Shown here one piece after another: positions 9,213-18,943 of a stretch of DNA of 64,000 nt (its first letter is position 1; every line of letters starts with the position of its first letter). This stretch comes from an uncultured Spirochaetaceae bacterium (GTDB lineage Bacteria; Myxococcota_A; UBA9160; UBA4427). The position numbers and the translations under genes were made by a program. The stretch lies in contig CAZAUR010000001.1 in NCBI GenBank assembly GCA_964488255.1, positions 259,244 through 323,243 of the forward strand, given 5' to 3'. The notes beneath the pieces are model-generated. The model saw only the letters and a list, made by a program, of their open reading frames with translations. It searched no databases and was not told where the DNA came from.

Positions 9213-9689
9213 TCAGTCTTCGACCTCGAATCGCTGCACGCGTTCGCGTCCGGCCGAGGCGGCAGGCTTCGGCGGCGTGCCGCGGGACGCGCGATCGTCC
9301 GCCCGATCCGGTCCGGCGTCTTCCGTCGTCTCGCCTCGCAGCCCGAGCTCCCAGAGCAGCTCCCGGAGCCCCAGAAAGGCTCGCAGAACGGCGCGCGCAT
9401 CCGGATCGTGCTTCGACCGCTCCTCCCAGCGCGTGATCTCCCGGGCCAGGGCTTCTTCGAGGGGGACGAGGATGGCGCCCGGCAGGAGCGCGCCGTCTTT
9501 GAGGCGTTCGAACTGTGCTTCGAAGCGGCGCGCGAAGGAGGCGGCGAGGCGCTCGGTCTGTTCGGGGTCGAGGCCGCTCGCGCGGCCCCCGGCCTCCAGC
9601 ACGGCGACGACCGCGGCGAGCGCCTCGCGCGTCGCGTTCCCGAAATGCACGCGGGCGCGTGCGATCGCGCGATCGAAGTCGTCGCTCAT
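9213..9689 (-). CDS. Hypothetical protein co-transcribed with the ArsA/Get3-like pair
   Basis: Internal ATG at 9689 (MSDDFDRAIARARVHFGNATREAL...) gives a non-low-complexity helical 158-aa product, 23 nt downstream of the preceding gene. The longer ORF start (10016) overlaps the ATPase gene and translates as S/R/P junk. Confidence 0.5.
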   Translation of the reverse strand: MSDDFDRAIARARVHFGNATREALAAVVAVLEAGGRASGLDPEQTERLAASFARRFEAQFERLKDGALLPGAILVPLEEALAREITRWEERSKHDPDARAVLRAFLGLRELLWELGLRGETTEDAGPDRADDRASRGTPPKPAASAGRERVQRFEVED

Positions 9690-9711
9690 CTCTTCGCGTC
9701 CCGATCGCCGC

Positions 9712-10938
9712 TCACGCCTGCGCTCCGTCGAAGAGCTCTTCGCCGATGCGCTGGAGCCCGGCGAGTCCATCGATGTCCCGATCCCGCTCGGCGACGAGAT
9801 GGAAGCCGACGTCGCGTCCGGCGACGCGCCGGGCGATCCGCCGCCGCGTCTCCTCGGCGTCGCGTCGCGCCGTCGCCGCTTCGCGCACGATCTCGTCGAG
9901 CATCGCCGCATCGCGCTCTGCGTCGTCGCCGCCGGTCCGGGCGAGGGCGTCCGCGAGTCGCGCGCGATCCCGAGCGATCGCTTGATCGTCCCCGGGCGAG
10001 AGCCACTCGGTCGCATCGACTTCGTCGGGCCACGGACGGATGCGATTGAGGACGACGGCCGACAGCGGCGCGCCGAGCTCGTCGAGGGCGTCGAGGAACT
10101 CGAGGGTGCCGGGCTCCTGTCCCGATCGCGCGCCGCCCACCAGGACGAAGCGCGTGTCGTCGCCGACGAGGATCTCCTCGACCCGGGACGTGCCCGCCTG
10201 GAACCCGTCGGTCAGGCTCGACACCGCGGAGAGGAACTCCGAGAGGTCGTCGAGGAAGCCGACGCCGGCGATCCGTTCGACCAGCCCCATCATGCGATGG
10301 AGCGACTGCCCGAAGACCTTGAAGCCGAAGCGGCTCGCGGACATCGCCGGGCGGACGAGCGCCTGCACGAAGCGACCCTCGAGGAATTCGCGCAATCGTC
10401 GCGGCGCGGACAGGAAGTCGAGAGCGTGGCTCGCGGGGGGCGTGTCGACGACGACGAGGTCGTAGCGGCCCGACTCGACGGCTTCGCGCACCTGCTCGAG
10501 GGCGGCGTATTCGGCGCTTCCGGCGAGCGCCTCGGAGAGGTGGCGATAGATGCGGTTCTCGAGCACCCGGGCGCGCGTGGCCGCGTCCGGCGCGAGCCGT
10601 TCGACGAGACCGTCGAAGGTCGGCTTGGGGTCGAGCATCATCGCGTCGAGGGGGATCGACCCGGTCTGGCCGTCGGTTCCCGCGATCACGACCGGTGCCG
10701 GATCGGAGCCGAGACCCTCGAGTCCGAGCGCGTCGGCGAGGCGGCGCGCCGGATCGATCGTGAGGACGAGGGTGCGCCGGCCCGCGCGCGCCGCGCGCAG
10801 CGCGAGGGCCGCCGCGACGGTCGTCTTGCCGACGCCACCGGTTCCGGCGCAGATCAGGACCCGCGCGGATTCGAGGGCTTCCTCGAGTCCGACGCCGTCC
10901 CGTCGATTCCCGCGCGCGCCCTTGTTCGCTCGGCTCAT
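9712..10938 (-). CDS. ArsA/Get3-family P-loop ATPase (second of a pair)
   Basis: 408-aa ORF with ICAGTGGVGKTTVAAALALRAA P-loop followed by TIDPARRLADALG. Confidence 0.8.
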   Translation of the reverse strand: MSRANKGARGNRRDGVGLEEALESARVLICAGTGGVGKTTVAAALALRAARAGRRTLVLTIDPARRLADALGLEGLGSDPAPVVIAGTDGQTGSIPLDAMMLDPKPTFDGLVERLAPDAATRARVLENRIYRHLSEALAGSAEYAALEQVREAVESGRYDLVVVDTPPASHALDFLSAPRRLREFLEGRFVQALVRPAMSASRFGFKVFGQSLHRMMGLVERIAGVGFLDDLSEFLSAVSSLTDGFQAGTSRVEEILVGDDTRFVLVGGARSGQEPGTLEFLDALDELGAPLSAVVLNRIRPWPDEVDATEWLSPGDDQAIARDRARLADALARTGGDDAERDAAMLDEIVREAATARRDAEETRRRIARRVAGRDVGFHLVAERDRDIDGLAGLQRIGEELFDGAQA

Positions 10939-11927
10939 GCGGCACTCGCTCCCGCGCGATCCGCTTCGGGCCAGACGGGTTCGTCGAGCACGCGGTGCGC
11001 CTCGGTCTCCCAGCCGCTGCCCGCTTCGGCGCCGAGCGCGAGGACGGGCAGGTCGACGACCGGGAGATCGCAGGCGGCCGACACCCGTTCGCGTTCCCGC
11101 GCGGCGAGGGTGGCGCGGGCGTGGGCATGTTCGACGAGGCCGGAGAGCGCGGTGCGCGACGGCCAGGCCTCGAAGTCGAGATCGGCGGACGGGTTCGCGA
11201 GGACGTCGCGAAGCGCGTCGGTCGGGGCGGGCGGGCAGCGGTTCACGACGATGCGATCGACGCCGATGTCGATGTCGCTGCGGGCGCGCGCGACGAGCTC
11301 GATCGTCTCCCGGACCGGCAGCTCTTCAGGCAGCGTGACCGGCAGCAGCACCGTCCGCTCGCGGTCGTGCACCAGCGCTTCGACCCAACCGGCGTGCCGC
11401 GCGAGCGGTCCTGCGCGGACGGTCTGCTGCGCGACCCGCGGCACGTCCAGGAAGGTGAGGCCGTGTCCGGTCGCGGGCGCATCGACGACGATCAGGTCGT
11501 AGGTCGGTCGCCCGCGCCGATCCGTGCTCTGCTCTACGTGCCAGAGCTTTCCGAGCAGGATCAGCTCGCGCCATCCCGGGGCGGCCTCGAGCAGCTGGCG
11601 GAAGGTCTCGCTGCCGAGGATGCGGTCGGTGACGAGGCCGAGGCGGGTCTGGAGACGCACGTAGTGGGCGAGGGCCTCGTGCGGGTCGATGCGAATCGCG
11701 TCGAGGTCCGGCCGCAGCGTTCGGCCCTCGTATCCGAGCAGATCCGGGTCGCGCTCGAAGCGCGCGGCGGCGGACTCGATCGGGTCGGTCTCGGCGAGCA
11801 GGACGCGCTGGCCCTCGCGTCGGGCGGCCTCCGCGAGCAGGCAGGCGACGGTGGTCTTCCCGACGCCGCCCTTGCCAGTCACGATGATCAGCCGGTGGTC
11901 GAGCAGGGGCCGGACAGGGGCCGTCAT
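10935..11927 (-). CDS. ArsA/Get3-family P-loop ATPase (first of a pair)
   Basis: 330-aa ORF with IIVTGKGGVGKTTVACLLAEAA P-loop, then ETDP and DAPATGH motifs. 4-nt overlap with the downstream paralogue. Confidence 0.8.
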   Translation of the reverse strand: MTAPVRPLLDHRLIIVTGKGGVGKTTVACLLAEAARREGQRVLLAETDPIESAAARFERDPDLLGYEGRTLRPDLDAIRIDPHEALAHYVRLQTRLGLVTDRILGSETFRQLLEAAPGWRELILLGKLWHVEQSTDRRGRPTYDLIVVDAPATGHGLTFLDVPRVAQQTVRAGPLARHAGWVEALVHDRERTVLLPVTLPEELPVRETIELVARARSDIDIGVDRIVVNRCPPAPTDALRDVLANPSADLDFEAWPSRTALSGLVEHAHARATLAARERERVSAACDLPVVDLPVLALGAEAGSGWETEAHRVLDEPVWPEADRAGASAA

Positions 11928-12128
11928 GGGGTCCTCGGCGCGTTCGGGGGTCGTCGGTAGGGAAAACCCGTCATCGGGCCCTCGAGTCTAGCTCTCCGGG
12001 CCCGGGGGCGTCCTCAAGTCGTGTGCGAAAGGAGCCGAAGAATCCGGAGGACAAAGTGTTTTTCGCGCCCGGTCCGGTCGAGGGAACGACCCGACCCGCC
12101 GGCGGCGCGGCCGACCCGGGGAATCGCC

Positions 12129-13808
12129 TTGATCGTCACCTGCGAGGAATGTACGACCAGCTTCCAGCTCGACGAGGCGCGCATTCCGCCCGGCGGTGCC
12201 CGCGTCCGTTGCTCGCGCTGCAAGCACGCCTTCTTCCTGCCCAATCCCAACGAGAGCCAGCCCGAGGCGGTGCACTCGATCGCCGAGGACGCCGCGGCGG
12301 ATCCCTCGGTCGGGACGCCGCAACCCGCGTCGGATCTGAACGGCGACACCTGGGACGGTCTGGGGGGCGCACCGGTCGACATCGGCGAAGGTGCTTCCCA
12401 GACGGCGGCGACCGAGCCCGTCCCGGAGTCGACACCCGAGCCCACGCCGGAGCCCGCACCCGAGCCCGAGCTCGACGACGAAGAGGATTGGCAGTTCAGT
12501 GAGGAGGTGCGCGTCGAAGGCGACGACCTCGACGACGATCTGGAGGCTGGGCTCGGCGACGACCTCGGCGAGGATTTCGGCGCGGATGCGGCGGAGACGA
12601 TGGGCGGGGGCGCGAGCGGCGCCGAGCTCGACTTCGGCGCCGGCCAGGATTTCTCCGAGGGCTTCGACGAGTCGACGCTGTCGGCCGAGCTCGGCGACCC
12701 CTCGGTCGACTTGCCGCCGACGGACGAGCCCGAGATCGCGACCCTCGCCGCGGAGGAGGCCGCGACCTCGTCCGGCATCGAAAGCGATGCACCGGCCGCG
12801 GCCGCGACGAGCGATGCGCCCGTGCGCGACGAGTCGAGCTTCGGCTCCGTCGACGACTTCTCTTCCCTGATGGAGGACGAGGACTCTGCTCCGTCCGATG
12901 CCGCCGCGAGCCTGGCGAGCGAGATCGCTTCCGAGCTCGCGGCCGAGGAAGCGGAGGCAGGGCTCTACGCGAGCGGCGGCCAGTCCGACGATCTCGGGGA
13001 CCCGGAGAGCTGGGACCTCGTCGGCCACGACGAATACGCCGTGCCCGCGAACGCGACGGCGCCGACGGCGGACGTCCTGGCTCTGCCGGTCGATGCCGGT
13101 GAGTTCTTCAATGACGACGCGTTCGAGGACGCGCCCGCGGAGATCGATCTCGCTTCGACGCCGCTGATGACCGGTCCGGTCGGGCAGGCGCTGCGCGCCG
13201 CGGGCTGGGCGGTCGCCGCAGCCGCGAGCGTCGCGGTGATCGTGCTGGCCGGGCAGGCCGAGTGGGCGCGCTTCTCGCCTTCGCCGCAGAGCGTCGCGGT
13301 CGGTCCGATCGCCGCCCAGACGACCACCGCGGGCTGGGTCGAGACCGCGCGCGCCGGCGCCGTACTGCGCTTCGAAGGCGAAGTGCAAAACACCGCGGGA
13401 CAGGCCGTCTATCCGTCGGCGGTCCAGATCACGCTGCTCGACGCCCAGGGCGCTCGCCTACCGGCGGCGCCCCTTCGCGCGGGCTTCCCGCTCGCCACCG
13501 AGACCCTGCGCGAGGCCGCGCCCGAGATTCTCGCCGAGCGCGCGGCCGCCGCCGCACGCCGCTTCGCGCGAACGCCGCTCGCGCCCGGGGAAGCGATCGG
13601 CTTCGAGGCCCTGCTGCCGGCGGGTGACCTGCCGGAAGGGGCGGCGCGTGCGCTGCTCGAGGTGGGAGAGGCGCGACCCGCGCCGGCGCCCGTCGCGGCA
13701 CCGATCCACGCATCCACGCCGGAGCCCGCTTCGGGACCCACCGGGTTCGGGGCGACGATCGAAGCCGACGCCGAGCCGGAAACTCAGGCCGAGCGATCCT
13801 CGCCCTGA
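12129..13808 (+). CDS. MJ0042-type zinc-ribbon membrane protein with acidic linker and DUF3426-like C-terminal domain
   Basis: In-frame TTG at 12129 gives (M)IVTCEECTTSFQLDEARIPPGGARVRCSRCKHAFF. This is followed by a D/E-rich low-complexity stretch, a TM segment (AAGWAVAAAASVAVIVLAG) and a C-terminal beta-rich domain. The start codon is uncertain; the ORF is open from 12021. Confidence 0.65.
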   Translation: MIVTCEECTTSFQLDEARIPPGGARVRCSRCKHAFFLPNPNESQPEAVHSIAEDAAADPSVGTPQPASDLNGDTWDGLGGAPVDIGEGASQTAATEPVPESTPEPTPEPAPEPELDDEEDWQFSEEVRVEGDDLDDDLEAGLGDDLGEDFGADAAETMGGGASGAELDFGAGQDFSEGFDESTLSAELGDPSVDLPPTDEPEIATLAAEEAATSSGIESDAPAAAATSDAPVRDESSFGSVDDFSSLMEDEDSAPSDAAASLASEIASELAAEEAEAGLYASGGQSDDLGDPESWDLVGHDEYAVPANATAPTADVLALPVDAGEFFNDDAFEDAPAEIDLASTPLMTGPVGQALRAAGWAVAAAASVAVIVLAGQAEWARFSPSPQSVAVGPIAAQTTTAGWVETARAGAVLRFEGEVQNTAGQAVYPSAVQITLLDAQGARLPAAPLRAGFPLATETLREAAPEILAERAAAAARRFARTPLAPGEAIGFEALLPAGDLPEGAARALLEVGEARPAPAPVAAPIHASTPEPASGPTGFGATIEADAEPETQAERSSP

Positions 13809-13984
13809 TCCACCTTCTCATTGTCGGGCGTGACGTCGATCTCGTCGTCGGCGGAGATGCCGGACTTGAAGTTCTTGATCGCCTGCCCGAACCCCGAGCC
13901 GATCTCCGGAAGTCGTCGCGCACCGAAGAGCACGACGACGATCACCAGGATGATCGTCAGCTCCATCGGACCCATTCCGAACAT
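13784..13984 (-). CDS. tatA: Sec-independent (twin-arginine) translocase subunit TatA/E
   Basis: Internal ATG at 13984 gives MFGMGPMELTIILVIVVVLFGARRLPEIGSGFGQAIKNFK. Confidence 0.9.
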   Translation of the reverse strand: MFGMGPMELTIILVIVVVLFGARRLPEIGSGFGQAIKNFKSGISADDEIDVTPDNEKVDQGEDRSA

Positions 13985-14163
13985 CGTGTCCTCCTCGTCG
14001 GGCTGCAGCCCGGCCGATTTCGCGGGATGGTGCCGCCGGGGCCAGCCGGGGTCAAGCGCAGCCGATTGCAGCGCCCGGGACCCGGCCCGCGCCGCCCGGT
14101 GACTCACGCCACGAATCGACGCGCCACGGACTCCTCCAATCTGCGAAGGCTAGACTGACCGCC

Positions 14164-15513
14164 ATGGCAATCTTCAAGGCCTACGACATCCGGGGCGTCG
14201 TCCCGGATGACCTGGATCACAACAAGGCTTACGCCATCGGCCGCGCCATCGGCGCGTGGCTGGGCGAGGGCCCGATCGCGGTCGGTCGCGACGCGCGGGT
14301 GCACTCGCCGGAGATCGCCGGCGCCCTCGTCGACGGGATCCGGGACGAGGGCATCGACGTCCAGGACCTCGGCCTCGTCGCGACGCCGATGCTCTACTTC
14401 GGTGTCGACCAGTTGGGCTCAGCGGCCGGTGTGATGGTGACCGCCTCGCATAATCCCGGCGAGTACAACGGGTTCAAGATCTGCCGTGCGCACGCGGTCC
14501 CGGTCGGCGAGGACAGCGGGCTCAAGGAGATCGAAGCGCTCGTCGAATCGCGCGCGAAGGCGCCGGCAGCGGCTTCACGCGGTTCCATTTCCGATCACGA
14601 CGTGATCGAGGGTTACCGCGATCACGCGCTCGCGGTCGGCGAGCATCGTCCGCCCCTCAAGGTCGCGATCGATTGCGGCAACGGCATGGCGAGCGTCGGG
14701 CTGCGCCCGGTACTCGATGGGCTGCCGATCGACGTCGTCGAGCTCTACTTCGAGCCGGACGGCACCTTCCCGAACCACGAGGCCGACCCGCTGAAGGTCG
14801 AGAACCTGAAGGACGTCGCCGAGGCCGTGCGCCGCGAAGGGGCCGATCTCGGCGTCGCATTCGACGGCGACGGTGATCGAGCGGTCTTCGTCGACGGAAC
14901 GGGCGAGCCCGTCTCCGCCGACCTCGCGACGGCCCTCATCGCCCGACGCATGCTCTCCCGGGAGCCGGGCGCGCGCGTGCTCTACGACCTGCGGTCGAGT
15001 CGCGTCGTCGCTGAAGAGGTCGAACGCGCCGGGGGCGTCGCCGGAATGTGCCGCGTCGGTCACTCGTTCGTGAAGGCGCAGATGCGGGAAGAGGGCGCGA
15101 TCTTCGCGGGCGAGCTCTCGGGGCATCTCTACTTCCGGTTCTCGAAGGACCTGATCGCCGACGACGGTACGGCGGCCCTGGTCGCGTTGCTCGACGTGCT
15201 CGGTGCCGAGGGTCGATCGCTCGCGGAACTCGTGGCGCCGCTTCGATGTTATTCGGCGAGCGGTGAGATCAATCGGCGCGTCGCAGACACCGATCACGTG
15301 ATCGAGACGATCGCGGGTGAATACGCCGAGGCGCCCGAGACCTCGCGTCTCGATGGCCTGCTCGTCCGCTACCCGACCTGGTGGTTCAACATCCGCGCCT
15401 CGAACACCGAGCCGGTCCTGCGTCTGAATCTCGAGGCGGACACCGCCGAGGAGATGGAGCGGCGTCGGGACGAGATCCTCGGTCGGATCGAGGCGCTTGG
15501 CGAAGGTCGATGA
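14164..15513 (+). CDS. Phosphomannomutase/phosphoglucomutase
   Basis: 449-aa ORF with FKAYDIRG, the active-site loop TASHNPGEYNGFK, and GDGDR. Confidence 0.9.
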   Translation: MAIFKAYDIRGVVPDDLDHNKAYAIGRAIGAWLGEGPIAVGRDARVHSPEIAGALVDGIRDEGIDVQDLGLVATPMLYFGVDQLGSAAGVMVTASHNPGEYNGFKICRAHAVPVGEDSGLKEIEALVESRAKAPAAASRGSISDHDVIEGYRDHALAVGEHRPPLKVAIDCGNGMASVGLRPVLDGLPIDVVELYFEPDGTFPNHEADPLKVENLKDVAEAVRREGADLGVAFDGDGDRAVFVDGTGEPVSADLATALIARRMLSREPGARVLYDLRSSRVVAEEVERAGGVAGMCRVGHSFVKAQMREEGAIFAGELSGHLYFRFSKDLIADDGTAALVALLDVLGAEGRSLAELVAPLRCYSASGEINRRVADTDHVIETIAGEYAEAPETSRLDGLLVRYPTWWFNIRASNTEPVLRLNLEADTAEEMERRRDEILGRIEALGEGR

Positions 15514-16319
15514 CCGAGGCACCGGCCGCCGGCTTCGTGGGTCGGCTCCGCGGTGGCGTCCTGCTCTTCGGGGAGGGCTTCGCCTTCCTGCGCGCCCATC
15601 CGAGGTTGTGGGGGCTCGCCTGGGTGCCGGTCCTGTTCGCCCTGCTCGCCGTCGGCGGCGCCGCGACCGCGTTCTGGCTCCACTTGACGGAAGTGCACGC
15701 ATTCTTCGTCGCGCTGCTGCCGAGCGTCGCGCCAGGCGCGTGGTGGACGTGGCTCTGGATCGGGCCCGCCAAGGCGGTGCTCTTCCTGGCGGGCTGGCTC
15801 GGCGTGCTCGGGAGCTTCGCGGTCACGCTCGTGGCTGCGCTGCTCACCGCGAACCTGGCGAGCGCGCCGTTCCTCGACTCGCTCTCGGAGCGGGTCGAGG
15901 GGATCGCGACCGGTCGGGATCCCTCCGGCGAGTCGGGCCAGCGGGTGCTCGCGGGCGCGCTCTCGAGCTTCGTCTCCGAGCTCGGACGCGTGGCCTTCCT
16001 CGGCGGGATCTGGCTCGGCCTCACCCTCGTCGGGTTCCTGGTGCCGGGTGCGCACCTTCTGACCGCGCCGCTGCTCGTCGCGATCACGGTCGCGTTCCTG
16101 CCGCTCGACTACGCCGGATTCGCCCTCGATCGTCGCGCGCTCTCGTTCGCGGACCGTCGTCGCTGGCTGGCGGCGCATCGCCCGACGATGCTTGGCTTCG
16201 GAGGGCTCGCATTCGCCGCCTGCCTCGTGCCCGGACTGAACCTGGTCTTGCTGCCGACGCTCGTGACGGCCGGGACCCTGCTCGTGGTTCGAACCGAACC
16301 CGGGCGAGCGATCGACTGA
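15510..16319 (+). CDS. EI24/CysZ-family integral membrane protein
   Basis: ATG at 15510 forms an ATGA overlap with the upstream stop. Multiple TM segments, and a tail (LPLDYAGFALDRRALSFADRRRWL...) typical of EI24-domain proteins. Confidence 0.55.
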   Translation: MTEAPAAGFVGRLRGGVLLFGEGFAFLRAHPRLWGLAWVPVLFALLAVGGAATAFWLHLTEVHAFFVALLPSVAPGAWWTWLWIGPAKAVLFLAGWLGVLGSFAVTLVAALLTANLASAPFLDSLSERVEGIATGRDPSGESGQRVLAGALSSFVSELGRVAFLGGIWLGLTLVGFLVPGAHLLTAPLLVAITVAFLPLDYAGFALDRRALSFADRRRWLAAHRPTMLGFGGLAFAACLVPGLNLVLLPTLVTAGTLLVVRTEPGRAID

Positions 16320-16344
16320 CGCACCGCTCGGCGGCAGCGCCCGA

Positions 16345-17151
16345 TCAGCGGGAGAGCGCGGAGGCGAGGAACGCGCGGACGTCGTCGGCGTCCGCCGGGG
16401 CGAGGCCCCCCTCGACGTCCGCCGCCCGCAGGTACGCGGCTTCGGCGCCACCGGGCAGCGCCTTCGCGAGGGCGGCGACCGCCGCAGGCGGGACGTCATC
16501 GTCGCGGGCATGGAGGCGATAGGCCGGGTCGCTGCCGTCCCCCGCTGCGATTCGACGCGCGGGATCGAGCGCGGCATCTTCGAACGCACCGACACCGCCG
16601 GCCAGGACGCAGGCGACCAGCGACGGCACGTGGGGCGCCGCCCAGGCACAAGCGCAGGCACCGATCCCGAGCCCGACGAGCGCGGTGCGCGTCGCGTCGA
16701 TCCCGTCCGTCGCGCCGAGGGCCTGGCAGGCGCGCACGATGTCGGAGACGGACTGGCGTGCGAACTCTTCCACCAGGGCTCGGGTGTCCGCGTCGAGGGG
16801 CTCGCCGCGGGCGAGGCCGCGGTAGCCGTTCACGAGGCGCTCCGAGAGCTTCGGGCTCTGTCGGCGTCCGTGGAGCGGCAGGTCGATCCGGGCGACCGCG
16901 AAGCCTTCGGCTCGCCAGTCGGAAGCGAAATCGAGGCCGGGCGCATCCGCACCGGAGGCGGTGTCGTGCAGCACGAGCACGAGCGGGGCCTCGGAATCGC
17001 CCGACGCGTCAGGCGCGTCGAGGCGTCCCGACACGAAGTCACCGCGGGAGACGAAGTCGAAGGCGAGCGGGCCAGGGCCGCGACCGCGCAGGGTCACGCG
17101 GGCGGGCGCTTCGTCGAAGGGACGGTGGAGCGAGGACGGCGCGGACGACAT
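16345..17151 (-). CDS. Alpha/beta-hydrolase-fold protein (dienelactone-hydrolase-like)
   Basis: 268-aa ORF with the pattern VLVLHD...EGFAVARIDLPLHG...LVGLGIGA. The family assignment is approximate. Confidence 0.45.
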   Translation of the reverse strand: MSSAPSSLHRPFDEAPARVTLRGRGPGPLAFDFVSRGDFVSGRLDAPDASGDSEAPLVLVLHDTASGADAPGLDFASDWRAEGFAVARIDLPLHGRRQSPKLSERLVNGYRGLARGEPLDADTRALVEEFARQSVSDIVRACQALGATDGIDATRTALVGLGIGACACAWAAPHVPSLVACVLAGGVGAFEDAALDPARRIAAGDGSDPAYRLHARDDDVPPAAVAALAKALPGGAEAAYLRAADVEGGLAPADADDVRAFLASALSR

Positions 17152-17214
17152 CGCGCGGAACCTTAGCAGGGCCCCGCCAGTCTCAAGACGGCGCCGAGCG
17201 GTCTCGAGGGCGCG

Positions 17215-17997
17215 CTACTTGAGCAGCAGCTTGCGCGTGCGGTAGAGCGTCGACTTGACCGCGTCTTCCGACTTCGAGAGCGTCCGAGCGATTTCCGCGA
17301 TCGGCATCGACTCGAGGTGGTGCATCTCGAAGAGCCGTCGCTGCTCGGGCGTGATCTCGCTTTCGAGCACGCGGTCCAGACGCGAGGCGCGCTCGACCAT
17401 CTCGTAGTTCTCGAGCGGGGTGGCTTCCGGGGCGCTGCCCGCGGTCAGGCTCGTGTACGCGACGTCCTCGTCCTCCTCGAAGAGCGGGACGGTGGGGTGG
17501 CGCTTCTTGCGGAACCGCGCTGCCAGGGTTCGGCGGGTGAGTCCGAAGATCCACGCGGCGAAGGGCGCGTCGCCGCGGAAACCGTCGATCGACGAGAAGA
17601 TGTTGATGAACACCTCCTGGGTCGTCTCTTCGGTGTCGGCGCGGTTGCGCAGGCGCTTGTCCAGGAACGCGTAGACGCGTTTGAAATAGCGCTGGTAGAT
17701 CTCGTCGAAGGCCGCGCGATCGCCGGCGCGGATCTGATCGACCAGCTCCTCGTCGGAGACCGGGTTCGGGTCGCGGGGGACGCGACGCGCACTGGTGACC
17801 GAAGACGGGGCTGCGTCGAGATCCGACGAATGTCGGATTCCCTCTCGCGCCTCTACCGCCTCGCTGGCTCCGCTTGTACTGCTGCTGGTGCTCAAAAGCC
17901 GATTCCTTCGGGCTCCGCCGATCCTCACCGCGTCTCCGACTCGCTCGCCGGAAACCTCTTTGGGGGGTGCGAAGCCGGGTCCCCATCCCCTACTCAT
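17215..17997 (-). CDS. RNA polymerase sigma-70 family (ECF-type) sigma factor
   Basis: Region 2 (DEELVDQIRAGDRAAFDEIYQRYFKRVYAFL...TQEVFINIF) and region 4 (ITPEQRRLFEMHHLESMPIAEIARTLSKSEDAVKSTLYRTRKLL). The N-terminal ~85 aa are low complexity, so the true start is uncertain. Confidence 0.8.
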   Translation of the reverse strand: MSRGWGPGFAPPKEVSGERVGDAVRIGGARRNRLLSTSSSTSGASEAVEAREGIRHSSDLDAAPSSVTSARRVPRDPNPVSDEELVDQIRAGDRAAFDEIYQRYFKRVYAFLDKRLRNRADTEETTQEVFINIFSSIDGFRGDAPFAAWIFGLTRRTLAARFRKKRHPTVPLFEEDEDVAYTSLTAGSAPEATPLENYEMVERASRLDRVLESEITPEQRRLFEMHHLESMPIAEIARTLSKSEDAVKSTLYRTRKLLLK

Positions 17998-18277
17998 GGG
18001 ACCCTTGGTGTCCGCGGCTCGCCGCCGCGGCTATTTCGAACGGTTCTCCTGTCCTCATTGCCCCGGATGGCCCAGTCCCGTCCGGAGTTTCCCCCCATTT
18101 AGCTTGTTGCCCGCAGACATGGCGGGGTGTCAGAATTTGTCACCCACACCGCGGATTTACCGGAAATCGTCACTCGTTCCCGCAGGGGTACCGGTGTCCG
18201 CGATTGTGACGGGGACTCAGCTGGACGGGCCGGCGGCGCACGTCGGGTGACCTCCAGCGGTTCGCGACGAGGTTCCG

Positions 18278-18943
18278 TCACGAGGCGACCGGGGCTCCGG
18301 GCGCGTCCCAGCCGTGGCTGAGCGGCGGCTCCGTCCGCAGGTCCACCTCCCGGAGCCCGGTCCGAAAGGCGGAAGGGCTGGGCGGGTCGGTGAGCGGCGA
18401 TGCGTCGAGGTCCGCGACCGCGGCGGAAGAGGTCGCGCCGGGCGCCCAGGGCGAGGGGCCCGACTTGCGCGGCTCGAGCAGGAGCGCGAGCTGCCCCTGC
18501 TGACGAGCGGGGCGGTACCGGGTCAGCGCGAGCCGGCCCTCACCGAGGACCGAACCGACCTGATCGGCGGCGGCGACCACCTCGGCATCGAAGGTCGGCG
18601 CCAGGAGCTGGCAGCGCGGCTGGGCGAGCTCGCTCATGCCGAGCTCCGGCGCGAGCTTTCGCAGGTCGGCGACCCGCGGTGCGATCCAGCCGAGGTCCGA
18701 GAGGCCCTGGGCGAGCAATCGCGCGCCGCCCTCGTCGCGTTGGCCGCCCTCGATCGGCGGCTGCGCTCGGATGCAGATCAGCTCGCCGGCCTCACCGATC
18801 GCGAGCAGGTCGATCGGCGTCGACTGGCCCAGGAAGCCCTCGGCGATCACCCGCCAGCCGGGCGCGAGTCGTCGCAGCGCGAGCCGGAGCGCGCGTCGTA
18901 GCGACGCCGGCTCGATCGGGCCCCGCCACTCGAGCTCAGCCAA
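18278..18943 (-). CDS. Hypothetical protein, last gene of the MerR/ParA operon (possible degenerate PD-(D/E)xK-like fold)
   Basis: 221-aa ORF with an 8-nt overlap with the upstream gene. The segment PIDLLAIGEAGELICIRAQ resembles the D...(E)xK core of NucS/DUF91-like proteins but lacks the acidic and Lys residues. Confidence 0.45.
   Translation of the reverse strand: MAELEWRGPIEPASLRRALRLALRRLAPGWRVIAEGFLGQSTPIDLLAIGEAGELICIRAQPPIEGGQRDEGGARLLAQGLSDLGWIAPRVADLRKLAPELGMSELAQPRCQLLAPTFDAEVVAAADQVGSVLGEGRLALTRYRPARQQGQLALLLEPRKSGPSPWAPGATSSAAVADLDASPLTDPPSPSAFRTGLREVDLRTEPPLSHGWDAPGAPVAS

Noticed and set aside
7031-9436. Very long alternate-frame ORFs. Examples are 7031-9436 (+), 9160-11502 (+), 963-2345 (-), 11988-13388 (-), 35244-37388 (-), 41804-44689 (+) and 44905-46710 (-). 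Also the N-terminal parts of 27472-31863 (-) and 51504-55157 (-).
   Set aside because: Their translations are R/A/G/P/D-rich low complexity with no family motifs. They lie antisense to, or out of frame over, genes with clear motifs. This is the expected stop-codon-poor artefact of roughly 70% GC DNA.
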